DNA of 64,000 bases, from positions 59,644,001 to 59,708,000 of the forward strand of contig OX597818.1 in the NCBI GenBank assembly GCA_951406725.2. Reading direction: 5' to 3'. This DNA comes from Octopus vulgaris. Taxonomy: Eukaryota. The notes under the pieces are model-generated. The model ran no database searches. It worked only from the letters and a program-made list of their open reading frames with translations, and had not been told where the DNA came from. Shown one piece after another: positions 14,065 to 28,000 of the stretch; the stretch's first letter is position 1; each line of letters starts with the position of its first letter. Position numbers and translations under genes: made by a program.

Positions 14065-14972
14065 ATGGAGAATGGACAAAGTTACTCAGCGTCCACGACA
14101 CAAGGAATAAATGCCAACACCTTGGAAGTACAGGAAATAGAAATGGACACAAGAAAGAGGAAGGAAGGAAAGAAATTTCTTAAAAATGGAGGAAAGCAGT
14201 CTAAAGCTGACTCCCCCAGAAGAACTGAAGAAAAGCATAGAGAAGAGGACGGTAGTATACAGAACGTTATCTACGTTCTCGAACAAGATAGAGTTCGCCC
14301 CAACAGAAGGAATAGAGGAATGCCGAGAAAATATTTTTAAAATTTACCTCATTCTATATACGGGGAAAGAAGTATGGCTCAGTGGAAGTAAGGTTTGGCA
14401 ACGAAGAAAATGCCAGAAACCAATCCACGGACCCGTTACGGACAACGAAATGGATACTGCTTCCAACGTACTGTGGCAAACGCGTTGCCAGAGTGAGAGT
14501 TGGAAGAGTGCCCTACGAAATCGAGGAAGAATGGCTGGTAGCAGCCATAACGCACGATATCAAGGATGGGGTAGAGTTCCTCAAGATAACGAGGACTCAA
14601 AAGGCCAATTGGTGGGGATATGTCCTCGAAGGGACCATGCAGTTATCTTTGGAAGACCTGCATAGTATAACCGAAGAAATAAAACTCCCAGAAGACACCA
14701 GACTTCGAATAACAGTAGAAGGAATACTACCAACATGCTTCTTATGCGGCAAAAAAGGGCAGATGAAAGAAAGATGTCCCGAGAAGGAAACCGAAGAGGA
14801 GAAGAAAAGTGAAGAAAACAATACGGAAGAGGTGGTACGAATAAAAGAGACAGATAGAGTGAAGGAACCCTTCACAGTAAGTAAACAGGAGGAAGAGAAA
14901 GGAATGGGTGAATTCTACCCCAGACAGTCAAAAAGGGCTAAAAGAGATGGTGATGAAAGAAAAGAGAAATAG
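14065..14972 (+). pseudogene. Non-LTR retrotransposon ORF1 (L1/Tx1-like gag), frameshifted
   Basis: Overlapping frames 14065/14186/14382; RRM-like RVRVGRVPYEIEEEWL; ITVEGILPTCFLCGKKGQMKERCP is a CX2CX4(H>Q)X4C knuckle with a charged tail. No ORF2 follows before the (TA)n at ~15240. Confidence 0.75.
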
Positions 14973-15269
14973 GTGTGAAACACCAACAGAAGCAGTAGTG
15001 AAAGAAGGCACACGGGAAAAAAACAGCATTACAACAGGGAGAAAGAGGAAGCGTTTATAAAATTGGTTGTGATGTTTCTGCACGCCCGAATAGATCAAGA
15101 CGGGAGCCGAAAGAAGCAGAAGTGAAAAGGAAGAGATATAAGTGGCATTTGGTCACGTGTTCCAAAAGTAAAGAAATAGAGAAAACGATTGTAAAATATA
15201 AATCGGTAATAAGAGTAAGGATGCCGAGGGGAAAAGTGGCTATATATATATATATATATATATATATAG

Positions 15270-15432
15270 CCACTACACACATTTTTTCTCTCCTTGTTTT
15301 ATCTGTGTCCCTTTCTGTAGAAGAGCGTAGGCTCTAAACGTAAAATACTTTTTCTATTCTTGAGCGTTATACTAATACATCTGTTTGTTTTATACACCAC
15401 CTGTCTTCGTCTTTTGTTTTTTTCGTAAACAC
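15270..15432 (+). mobile_element. PLE terminal repeat family H1 with hammerhead-like motif (GAAA mutated to TAAA)
   Basis: CTTT-CTGTAGAA-GAGC GTAG GCTC-TAAA-CG-TA-AAA at 15311-15345; same family as 34017, 50310 and 52352. Confidence 0.75.
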
Positions 15433-16185
15433 CGAACTATATGTTTCGAAATACCCTCGCATGAAAACGTATAGAAGAACCATTTATTAAATGATGAAAA
15501 AAGGATCGGTGGTGTGATGCATACTCTGCGCGTAGATAATTTTTGTCGCCAAAAATACGAGATGGTATACAAACTTGAATATTATTAGGAAAAGAATTAT
15601 AATTAAGAAAAAAAATCATCAAATTATATTCATTATTATTATTAAGAAAAATGATAATATTATTATTAACACTAATGATTATTATTAAGAAAAATATAAA
15701 ATGAAGATCTTTCTCCAGTTTTTCACAGAAGTGCCATGCGTGTTCAAAAAAAAAAAAAGAATCGTTTTACAGTGAAATGCTAAAATATGAATTGACGAAG
15801 AAAATGAAAGGTAGATTTGGAAAGTTCAACATACAATTTGCATATGAGTAAAATTTGCATATATCTAAATAAATAATTCTTCAAATGATATTAATGATTA
15901 CGAATAACCATGATTACGAGCAAAGAAAATGAACAAAATGAAATACTTATAGAAAATATTGCATAGAATTTCAGACGTGTTTTCAACATCTTTCACTAAT
16001 GGCAAGTGAATGAAATGTACTGCAGTCTGCTGTAGGATGTAAATAATATGAACGCTTGCTTATCGGGAATTTTGTAAGTTCGACTTTTTTATATTTTTCT
16101 TTTTAAGTATCACCATTATAGGCTTTTATACTCCGGTGAAATTAAGAAATCAACTCGAAAATAAGAGAAACCGCCGAATCTATCA

Positions 16186-16223
<38 letters not shown>

Positions 16224-16330
16224 TCACAGAGCCGCATATCTATGTATGTATTCATGTATGCATATATGTGTATATGTGTATATGAGTATTTACATACGCA
16301 TACATACATGCATACATATATATATATTAT

Positions 16331-16369
<39 letters not shown>

Positions 16370-17897
16370 CATACGCATGCAGCATTGCTTGTTCTGCTTA
16401 CGTACGTTTCGAATACACATCCCGCAGAAAGGTATTTTGGTTTTCAAATTTCTATTGCATGCAGATATATACAAGACAATTAATTTTTGAGCCCGACCTT
16501 CATTTTAATTACTTCTATGTCTCACACCTCTCTCATTCCCCTTTCTCTCTCTATCTCTCTCTTTCTCTTTCTCTTTCGTAATGTGTTTACTGTGTGTATG
16601 GTCAAGGTGACAGACTAGCCATTGCGTTCTTTCTCTTCAGAGCAAAATCTAGCAATATTTCGTACAAAAATAGATATTTGCTATTCTCCTTGTTCACAGA
16701 ATCATCTCTCTTTCATGTACTTGATTATATTTCATTTATTAGCAATTAATTTGTATCTCATTTATTATCTATGATTATGGTAAAAAAAAAAGTGATCAAT
16801 GACATTTAGTGATGAATGACATCAGATACGGAGCAGCCCTTATTGAATCAAGTATGATTAATAACTTTTCAGCTTCTACAACCCGTCTTTTAGTCAATGT
16901 GTTTAAGATGATGCTGTCTTAGAGTTCTGGTTTCAAGACTGTTCAAGACAAGATAAGAGAGAGAATAAGATTTTATTTTATACATGCAAACTCCTGTGTA
17001 CAAGTTTATTTAATGGCCCAAGGCGTAATGAATTAATGAGGATGAGGAGTGATTTTGGCCTTAAATATCTTCACTATAAATAATTTAATCTTTGATATTC
17101 ATTAAATTCCAGATATTGAAAATAGCAGAATCGATAACGGTATCGTTATTAAGGAAACGACTATAAGGTATGCTCCACTGGAGTGGTTCCTAATGAAATC
17201 ATTTATGAAAACAATTTTGTCTAACAAGAGGAAATTATTTGGTAACATAAAAAAGGACAATGTCACTTTTCTTTTGTTCATTTGTTATTTACTAGTCTGT
17301 GACAAATGCTTTACAAGTTTGGCTATAATCTTTATGTTCTCAGCCCATAATCTTTACGTTCTCAGCCCATAACACTTTCAATAGAGGGAATCATTTCTTT
17401 AGATGAAAAATGAAAAGACAAAATCACATGGCTATCGTGGCATGGCCGTTATTCATAGATTTCGTCGTCGGCAGCTAAACAGCAAGGTTTCATAATTTTT
17501 TTTTCGCTGAAGTATTCATATCTAAAGACAGGATTTGCAGTATTTAACGTCTCAGATTAAACTCCAATTAAATGCTCATAACTTATCCATTGAAATCTCC
17601 CGAAAAGTTGCAATGTGAACGAATATTGCCTCAGCATTGCCATAATTGATATGATCTGAATGTCTCGTATTTACTTTGAAACTAATTCTGTTGTAATAAA
17701 GGCATAAGACATCGTAACAAACAAAGGTATCTGAGAGAACAAAACTAATTATATTTCATTTTCTCTGAAGCTAATTGTCTGGCGTCTTAATAATTCAGAC
17801 GAGAGGAAATGCAATTAACGGTATGAAATGATTCATATATACAATATGTGTATTCACACACACATACACACAGACACACCTACATATATTGTCTTCA

Positions 17898-18065
17898 TCC
17901 TTTACTTGTTTCAGTCATAAGACTGTGGCCATGCGGGGGCACGGACGTCAGCAATTGTAGTCGAATGAATCGAACACAGTAGCTTTTTATCGATCAATTT
18001 TGCCGAAACGCTATGTCACAACAACGTAAATACACTAATACCAGTTGCTCAGCGTTTGGGAGGAA
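17898..18065 (-). mobile_element. S2 SINE tail fragment (diverged)
   Basis: TTTACTTGTTTCAGTCAT...GCCGAAACGCTA matches the S2 tail. Confidence 0.7.
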
Positions 18066-18118
18066 GGAAATACAGACAGAAATGCGAGCGCGCGTACACA
18101 CCAACACACATACATATA

Positions 18119-18160
<42 letters not shown>

Positions 18161-18210
18161 TGCGTATGCATATATATATATATATATATATGTGCGTGCA
18201 TGTATGTGTC

Positions 18211-18261
<51 letters not shown>

Positions 18262-18515
18262 AGAGAGAGAGAGAGAAGAGACACAGACAGACAGAGACAG
18301 AGAGGGGAATGCGTGTGCATGTATGTATACATAATATAATGCAACTGTAGTAAACAGTATCAATAAAATACTCTACAGAGTGCATGCTATCTGCAACAGA
18401 GCTCATTAAATTTGCTAAAATTTTCACAACGCACAGTAGAATGTGAATGTTCATACACACATGCACACACACACATACACATAGATATACCGTATTTTAT
18501 ATATATATATATATA

Positions 18516-18726
18516 TTGAAAATGTGACCGCGTGTGTACCGTTGGCGATTTTTTTCCTCCGTCTTCCCTTCCTTGGATCTTTCCTTTTCCTATGTTTCTG
18601 ACGAAGAGCTCCGCTCGAAATGTTAATTCCTCCTTCTTTCTTTATTTTCCTGAGCGTCCAATAACACTATACATGTTCCACGTCCTCACGTTGTTGTGTT
18701 TTCTCTTTGTGTTTTCATGTTTGGAT

Positions 18727-18731
<5 letters not shown>
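18516..18731 (+). mobile_element. PLE terminal repeat (H1-related) in (TA)n with hammerhead at ~18594-18628
   Basis: TTT-CTGACGA-A-GAGC TCC GCTC-GAAA-TG-TT-AA; downstream TTCCTGAGCG...TTCCAC is shared with H1. Confidence 0.75.
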
Positions 18732-18782
<51 letters not shown>

Positions 18783-18784
<2 letters not shown>

Positions 18785-19041
18785 AAAGTGGACAGCCTAT
18801 ATGCTAAACATAGACGTCAAATCGCCATTTACTTTGGTCTTTTGCTGAGATTTTTCTTGAGAACACATTCTTCGTGGTAAATGATGATTTGATGTCTATG
18901 TCTAACATATAGGCTGTCCACTTTTAGTGGTCAGTCATCTAAATTTTGTATGTAAAACAATTTTTTATCTTCGAATTTTTAAAAAATATGCTAAGGCACT
19001 GGTTTTAATTGATTAATATCAATTTCTACTCTTATTTAATT
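18783..19041 (+). mobile_element. Fold-back element in (TA)n, no hammerhead retained
   Basis: AAAAGTGGACAGCCTATATG...CATTTAC is inverted as GTAAATG...CATATAGGCTGTCCACTTTT, followed by a unique tail into (TA)n. Confidence 0.65.
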
Positions 19042-19130
19042 ATATATATATATATATATATATACATATATATAGCTTATTTTAACTTCTATAAAGAACC
19101 CTAAAGTAGACAGTGATTGTTCGAATGTTC

Positions 19131-19795
<665 letters not shown>

Positions 19796-20164
19796 TATAT
19801 ATATATATAAGCAAAATAATTGAAATTCAGATGAATTAGATACTTAAGCTGAAGCACCCAAATAGAAGAACGAGGTGCTGGGTGAGTAATTTTCTGTTTA
19901 TCTCTAGTAATCATAAATATTTCTTTATGAAATCATCGCTTACCCAGTAACTACACTCTCGGTGTTAAACATTATTTGAATATCCGATCGCAAGTGTGAT
20001 AGAGGAGAGGAGCGAATGATATTATGTTTAGTTGTAGTAATTGAAATTAACAAGTAAGTTGATTAGTGTTGACTGCACGCAATGACTAAAATATAAATTT
20101 CAAGTATGAGTGAATATGAAAGTTTATAATTAAAAAGTTAGGAGGCATTGAAAAAAGTAAAATA

Positions 20165-20717
20165 TTGGGTTGTCCGGAAAGTTCTTGCCGATTTTTAAAG
20201 GAAGAAAAGTTAATAAATACTTGCCATTATATTTTTAATCAACCAAATATAAATCATTTTGTTACACAATGCGTCTTCATCTTTCCTTTAACTTGAAAAT
20301 ACCCTATTCCCAGAACTGGAGGTGGTTTCATGGCAAAGAATTCATCAAGGTATCTTTTTACGTCATCTAAGGAAGGAATTGAAATATTTACCATTAAGAC
20401 TATTCTGCAGAGACCTGAATAAGTGGAAATCCGAAGGAGCAATATCTGGTGAATATGGAGGGTGGGGAAACACATCCCAGCCAAACTGCAGCAATTTTTG
20501 TCTAGGTTCTCAAATCATAAACTTTCTTATCTTCCATTTTAAAGGGTTACAGAATTAACACAAGTTATAGAAACCTAAATCTTCTTCCACGAAAAGATAG
20601 CTTAAACTGTGCTCTCAATGGAGGTGTAGTAAAATCCTATTTTATGGACTCAACCATGTTCTAAAATAAGTCGAAAGGTAAGCTACTAAATCGGCACTAT
20701 TTTTCCGGACGACCCAA
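20165..20717 (-). mobile_element. Internally deleted mariner (Tc1/mariner) element
   Basis: TA-flanked TIRs TTGGGTTGTCCGGAAA / TTTCCGGACGACCCAA; the minus strand encodes GWDVFPHPPYSPDIAPSDFHLFRSLQNSL, the mariner YSPDLAP motif. Confidence 0.93.
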
Positions 20718-21664
20718 TATAATATGGTATTATACAATGTATGGACAGAATGTAACAACAACGATAAGGTTTATTATCATAATTTTCCTTCATTCCTAAC
20801 AAACTATACGAGCCAGATGTTATTCACAGCAATTCAATTAAAGTTTGCTATGAATTCAATAAAACTTTACAATTTCAGTTATGTCAAACGGTTTCCTAAT
20901 ACATAATTCAACTACTTCAGTAGTCTATAAGAGTATCTATGGTAACAACTTCCCTCTGAGCGCAATAGTCTAGTAAAGGCGCCAGCTTACTAAATACACG
21001 TACATTGTAATTCTAATTGATAAAGCTACTTCGCATGAATAAACATGAATTTATATACGAAACTTTACTAGTATACATATTCTATCATTAACCGAGGTAG
21101 AAATTGAAATAAAACCTAGAAAATTGTATTAGGATCTTGAGAAACATCATCCTCAAATACATTTGATATCACGTTTTGTCTTTGAGTTTCTACTAGCTTA
21201 GCAACTTCCTTTTAAAGCTGTATTCATACGATTTCCTAAGTGATTGACTGCATATTTCGTTGAGACTACATTTAACAGCATGTAAATGTGTTACAAAACA
21301 CGTAATATAACGCTGTAATGCACCATGTGAAAACATATAAGTTGCTTACAGATAGGCTCAAACTGTATTTCACTAACATCGGTTTTATCATTCGAAACTT
21401 CATTTCTAAAAAATTTTGAAAGAAAAAAAAAAGGCGTTGCAAATCATTTCCCTGGCATGCTTCATACGTTTCATTACTCCATACTTAAACATTCTTTTTT
21501 TTTACCTATTTTCGAATAACGGATGACAGCTACATTTGTTAACGAATGGAATCCAATAGAGTTTTTTTTTTCTGCATCCATCCAAAACTTGGTGTGAAGT
21601 TAAATTTTCTTTCCTTTCTAGTGATAGTAGTCACAGAGGAGACAAGTAATAAATACTCATACAA

Positions 21665-21720
<56 letters not shown>

Positions 21721-21723
21721 ATG

Positions 21724-21778
<55 letters not shown>

Positions 21779-22276
21779 CATATGAATGCAAATGTATATG
21801 TATATGATTCTCCGTATAAGTAATCCCTCTCCGTCCCTTTATCATATTTGTCCCTTTCATTGGCTGTCAATATAACGAACGGAGCTGATTTTGTGCAGTT
21901 ACCTATTAGGTTCATTTTAATCACTTGTGGGAGCTGATAAAGGGCATTTGCTTTTTCGATGACAAATCATAGTAACGTTGTAAAAATCCTAGACTTATAC
22001 TCCCTATTCCCATCTATGTGCGAACCAGTTATCAATAGTACGCTGATTTTGCAAAAGCATTTGAACAAATTATATATATATATATACCTCTATATACGTA
22101 TTTATTTATTTACATTACCTCAACATCCAAGTTTCCTCATTCTACATTGAGAGAAGAAAGAGATGGACGCTTCAATTCTATGCTGCTGCCGCATTATGTC
22201 GTACGCGAACGAGAGGATTTGCATCCCCAACCAAGAATTTTTGATGTAACACATGTCCTTGTGGAAGCTGTTGTGC

Positions 22277-22354
22277 GCGGCTGAAGAAGGCCACAGACAT
22301 ACATTATGCTTTGTTATAAATCTGTCTAATAAAGGCCCGAAACATATGTACCGC
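22277..22354 (+). ncRNA. Type I hammerhead ribozyme, intact core, extended stem II
   Basis: GCGG-CUGAAGA-AGGCC...GGCCC-GAAA-CAUAUG-UA-CCGC; palindromic stem III; lies in a ~290-bp element ending in (TA)n. Confidence 0.88.
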
Positions 22355-22393
22355 TGAATCCTTCGCCTCATGTTTTTATTTTTATTTTGATCA

Positions 22394-22465
<72 letters not shown>

Positions 22466-22473
22466 GATTGATA

Positions 22474-22650
22474 GAAATGGTAAGACAACAAAAGAATGAA
22501 AGAGACCTCGATATTATGTAAATAGAGGAATTTATCTGTTAATGTAATATGTGACAATTATTTGGTAGCCATGATAAAATTCCGTGAAGAGATGGCGGCG
22601 TGCGTTTCCGCCCCAACATCCGAAACTCAGAGTTTTATCATGGCCACTGA
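22474..22650. mobile_element. Fold-back PLE terminus (family D) with junction-truncated hammerhead
   Basis: GCCATGATAAAA / TTTTATCATGGC inversion; TGAAGA-GATG...CATC-C-GAAA-CTC A GAG-TT-TTATC; homologous to 51888-52298 and 31288-31375. Confidence 0.75.
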
Positions 22651-22671
22651 TATATATATATATATATATAT

Positions 22672-22808
22672 ATATACGACGGGTCTCTTTCAGCTTCCGC
22701 CTACCATATCCATTCATTAGGCTAGTCGAACGTGCCACACAGTGGAACTGAACCCGGAACCATGTGGTTGGGAAGCAAGCTTCCAACAACACAGCTACTC
22801 CCGTGCCT
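22672..22808 (-). mobile_element. S2 SINE head fragment
   Basis: GAACCCGGAACCATGTGGTTGG match. Confidence 0.75.
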
Positions 22809-23237
22809 ATGCTTTATATATATATATGTGTGTGTGTCTGTGTGTGAAAAAGCTTATATGAATATCTTAAAAATAAATATTTATTATAAAATACTAATTT
22901 CATATATATGAAAATGATTTTTTAGCCTACGAATATATTGTATATTAATACAACAATAGAAAACATATTTTGCCTGCAGGGTGGAGAGTAAATTAATTTT
23001 TCCTTAAAATCTGCTTCAAGAAAACAACTTCGAAATTCTTTTTACAAGTAGTCATAGTGCGACGGTACGATACAGAAATAGATTGTGTGAACCAATGGAA
23101 AGAAACTTCGTTAAAGGTACGCATGTTCTCAATACTAACAACCAATATTAGCAATTAATTACATTAGGAATTGAACATCTTGAGTGTGTACGCGTGTCTG
23201 CGCTACATATGTGTCATTATACATATATATACATACG

Positions 23238-23416
<179 letters not shown>

Positions 23417-23964
23417 GACGCAAGAGAGACTGTGTGATAGGTAGCTTGCTCACCAGCCACATTGCTTCGGGTCCAGTCTCACTGCGGGGCAACTCAGTCA
23501 GGTACCTTGTAATATAGCCTCGGGCCAACCAACTCCTTGTGAGTGGATTTGGTAGACGGAAACTGAAAGAAGCTCATCGTATATAATTTTTGTTATATGT
23601 ATGTGCGTGTGTTGGCGTGTGTGTGTGTGTGTGTATGGTTGTGTGTCTGTGTTTGTCTCCTCACCATCGACTGACAACCGATGTTTATGTGTTTACGTTC
23701 CCGTAACTTTACACTTCGGTAAAAAGAGTACTAGGCTTACAAAGAATAATTTTTGGGGTCGATTTGTTTGACTAATAAATAAAAAAAAATATATATATAT
23801 AGGCGCAGGAGTGGCTGTGTGGTAAGTAGCTTGCTAACCAACCACATGGTTCCGGGTTCAGTCCCACTGCGTGGCCTCTTGGGCAAGTGTCTTCTGCTAC
23901 AGCCCCGGGCCGACCAATGCCTTGTGAGTGGATTTGGTAGACGGAAACTGAAAGAAGCCTGTCG

Positions 23965-24012
<48 letters not shown>

Positions 24013-24285
24013 TGTGTGTTTGTGTGTATTGCTTGACAACCGATGCTGGTACGTTTACGTCCCCGTCACTTAGCAGTTCGGCAAAAGAGACCGATAGAAT
24101 AAGTACTGGGCTTACAAATAATATGTCCCGTGGTCGATTTGCTTGACTAAAGGCGGTGCTCCAGCATGGCCGCAGTCAAATGACTGAAACAAGTAAAAAA
24201 GTAAAAGAGAGTATATAGTTTTTCAATTTTTTTTTGTACTTGTTTCAGTCATTTGACTGCGGCCATGCTGGAGCACCGCCTTTAG
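23417..24285 (+). mobile_element. Two tandem S2 SINEs (older 23417-23780, younger 23802-24213) plus an inverted tail fragment
   Basis: Head, CORE-like segment and tail each present twice; reverse tail at 24236-24285. Confidence 0.85.
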
Positions 24286-24287
24286 AG

Positions 24288-24452
24288 TGGTGACAGAGTA
24301 CAGCAGGGATCACCACCATCCCCTGCCGGAGCCTCGTGGAGCTTTTAGGTGTTTTCGCTCAATAAACACACACAACGCCCGGTCTGGGAATCGAAACCGC
24401 GATCCTCCGACCGCAAGTCCGCTGCCCTAACCACTCGGCCATTGCGCCTCCA
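24288..24452 (-). mobile_element. S3 SINE 5' part
   Basis: GGGAATCGAAACCGCG...CCATTGCGCCTCC. Confidence 0.85.
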
Positions 24453-24585
24453 CATGTGTAGAATTAACAAGGAAAAAAACTAGTTACATGTTAGCAAATT
24501 TCACATAAGTGCCGAAGATATTACAACCTACTTGTAAATACAGAAATTTTAGGTTTGAGTGAAATTTTATTCAAATCGTTTATAT

Positions 24586-24631
24586 TTCCAACATGTGTTT
24601 CGAAAAAGCATTGAGATTATTCTTCAGAGAA
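24586..24631 (-). ncRNA. Type I hammerhead-like motif (family E; decayed homolog at ~39588-39632)
   Basis: UUCU-CUGAAGA-(weak stem II)-GAAA-CACAUG-UU-GGAA; the homolog has the perfect palindrome ACAUAUGU but a mutated core. Confidence 0.6.
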
Positions 24632-25480
24632 TAAAAATGATGTAAAACAATGCATTCATCTATTCAGGGATGGTGGGGGCCGAATAAAGCACACCAATAA
24701 GCCATTTTAACCGAATGTGATTACCGTGTATGTAAGCATATGATGTAGGAAGAACAATAGCAAGTTATCTTTTTAAAAACCCGTAATAGGTTTTACGTCA
24801 AAGTGAATCCAGAGAAAGAGAAGGAGCAGAGATAGAAAAATTAGTAGAAAATTAAGAGTGTAAAATCATAATGTGATAGAGGAATGGGAATAAGGATTAA
24901 TAGCGTGGAAATAGATATATGTAGCGGAAATATAAGAAGACAGTTAAAGATCGAATTTTATAGATTGGTAGAAATTACTTATAGGAACAAAATGTATGCT
25001 CTTGCCAAAATTTTCAACGATGAACGTGTTATTTAAACTGGTTTACAAAAGTACTTGTCACCTACATGATTCCATTGCATTTGGTGCGTGGCGCGGATAT
25101 TTGTAGGAATATATAGGTTTCAGGGTTATAAGCGAGAGACCAACAAAACAGTTTATAGCACCAAAGATGAACTGCATGCAAGGAACAATAACTGAAGGCA
25201 GGTGTTCAAAAAGGTAAACAAGGAGACCGGCCAAGGAACAATAACTGAAGGCAGGTGTTCAAAAAGGTAAACAAGGAGACCGCCAGAAGAGTTGCAGAAG
25301 ATTCCGAAGTTATCCGGAGGCCGTAGTTGAAGGCAATAGCGATTCCAATGAATAAATTTACTGTTTATTATTTCAAAATATTACCATGTAATTTGGGTAA
25401 ATATGTCTCATTAAAATGAGATGTCAGCGTTATTTTCATTTTTGTGTAATGTAGACAACAATATATTCAAGACAGGCTGC

Positions 25481-25551
<71 letters not shown>

Positions 25552-25709
25552 TAGGGAGAGAGATTGAGAGATATGTGTGTATCAGATTCCGTGTGTGGGT
25601 GTGTATTTGTAACCATGCATATGTCGACATGGCAAAATTACTTTGCATATACATACATAAAGCAAAACATATATATAACAAAGTGGAGTTGTGGGGTACC
25701 GCACATATT

Positions 25710-25774
<65 letters not shown>

Positions 25775-25887
25775 GTATAACTGTATATATATGTATATAT
25801 ATGTATATATATATATAACTGTATATATATGTATATATATATGTATATATATATATGTATATATATATAACTGTATATATATGTATA

Positions 25888-25988
<101 letters not shown>

Positions 25989-26118
25989 CTGTATATATAT
26001 GTATATATATGTATATATATGTATATATATAACTGTATATATATATGTATGTTTGTGCATCTGTGCGTGTGGAAATTAATGTATATAGATAGATATTGAT
26101 ATATGTTATACACACACT

Positions 26119-26164
<46 letters not shown>

Positions 26165-27027
26165 CATCTATTTACACACACATATATGTACTTATGTATG
26201 TATCTATATGTGTATTTTATTGTATATAATTTTCGTCAATTATACGTAATTAACAAAAAGTATTTGATATTGTTCCGCCCGAGGTGAGACCCATTGAAAC
26301 AAACCAACACAAACCACTTTTATTAATTTTCTAAAATGTAATTATTCTTGTATGCACATTAACCTTTAGCCATATATATATGTGTGTGTGTGTGTGTGTG
26401 TATGTGAGTGTACATGGATACGTATACGTGGGTCTGTTGGAGTTAGTTGCGGCGGTTGTTTTGGTAATGTTGGTGTTGGTGGTGGTGCTACTATTGGGCT
26501 TTTAGCAGTGTTGATGTTAGTGGCGGTGGTTGTGGTGGTTGCGTTCGACTTTGCGGTCGTCGTTGTTGTGGTGAAGCCCGCGGCAAATTTTGTTCCTGTA
26601 GAACAAACCAATCTGTTTCCATAGATACATAGACCGACATATAGGGAGCTATCTCTCTGGCTAGTAAGCTAGACAGATATGTGTGCGTGGGGATGCGCGC
26701 ATGCCAAGGTGTGTGTGAGATTGAGAGCGAGAGAGAGAGAGAGAGTTGTTTAGGGGGGGTAGAGAGATAGGTCTGTATGTCTGCTTGTCATATTATATTG
26801 ATTGTCAAAATTTCCGTAAAGCTCCAGTACTCTCTACGTCCGAGATAAAATGTCAGTTATGCAAACGAAAATACGCAGAGGGAAAAAAAACTCGTCTCAG
26901 CAGCGGCCAAAGAGAGCCCTTCTAAGATTTCAGTTTTCGCGGGTTTTTAATGACACGATTGCAATCACGTGCAGCAAAGACGAGATTTTTGTGTCCAATA
27001 GAAGAGAGCGTGAAATACAGTAATTGT

Positions 27028-27298
27028 TATACAAAGGCGAAACATGCCACCCCTCAAAATAAGGGTAGACGAACATCACAAAGCTGTGATAGGAGGAGAT
27101 ATTGATAAATCGGGTATTGCTGATCACGTATGGAAAAATGGAGACCACCTCCCTCTGTGGGGTGAAGTTAAAATAATAGAGAGTGAATAACACTGGAAAA
27201 ATACGAAAGAAGCAGCACATATGCTTAGTCACAACAATCTCCTAAGCAGACCGAGTGCTGATATGAATAGCATATGGGAACCAGTATTAAAGAAGGAT
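27028..27298 (+). pseudogene. Penelope-like GIY-YIG endonuclease C-terminus
   Basis: YKGETCHP..KIRVDEHHKAVIGGDIDKSGIADHVWKNGDHLPLWGEVKII...EAAHML...SIWEPVLKKD, with a stop and frameshifts. Confidence 0.8.
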
Positions 27299-27302
27299 CT
27301 AA

Positions 27303-27530
27303 GGCGGCGAACTGGCAGAAACGTTAGCACGCCGGACGAAATGCTTAGCGGTATTTCGTCTGCCGCTACGTTCTGAGGTCAAATTCCGCCGAGGTCGACT
27401 TTGCCTTTTATCCTTTCGGCGTCGATAAATTAAGTACCAGTTACTGGGGTCGATATAATCGACTTAATCCATTTGTCTGTCCTTGTTTGTCCTCTCTGTG
27501 TTTAGCCCCTTGTGGGTAGTAAAGAAATAG
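27303..27530 (+). mobile_element. S1 SINE, single body, with TSD
   Basis: GTATTAAAGAAGGAT is duplicated on both sides; inserted at the end of the PLE remnant. Confidence 0.9.
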
Positions 27531-27811
27531 GTATTAAAGAAGGATATGAAAATATTTGATTTATAAGCCCTAAAATTCCAGGTAGTGACCTGATAAAAAT
27601 AAAAAAATAAATGAATAAATAAATAATAATAATAGTAATAATAATGTAAACTGCGATCCTACAACCGCGAATCCGCTCTCGTAACCACTGAGCCATTGCG
27701 CCTCCAACATAAAACTACCTCAATAGCGTTTAACTGAATTTTATGTAGCACGGTGGCTACATAAATAACAATTACTTACAACAGGGGACGCAACCAGTTT
27801 GTTTCACTTAC

Positions 27812-28000
27812 GTCCCCTGTTGTACTCTTTCGCCCCAACTTTCTCTCACTCTTTCTTCCTGTTTCTTAAGTAACGCTGCGATGGACTGGCGTCCCGTCCA
27901 GCTGGTGGTGGTGGGGGGGAACACATACGTCATAGACACCGGGAAACCGGGCCCATTAGCCTGGCTAGGCTTGAAAAGGGCGCATAAATACATAAATAAA
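27812..28000 (+). mobile_element. SINE 3' half (S3/S4 hybrid, V-domain-like CTGCGATGGACTGGCG)
   Basis: Body matches S3 and the tail matches 37578-37840. Confidence 0.7.

Noticed and set aside
16388-16440. Minus-strand half hammerhead AAUAC...GUAUUC-GAAA-CGUACG-UA
   Set aside because: The 5' core is missing, so only a truncated relic can be suggested.
25179-25282. Short tandem duplications (also 49300-49374, 37919-37975 and 17330-17371)
   Set aside because: Ordinary local slippage duplications with no further structure.
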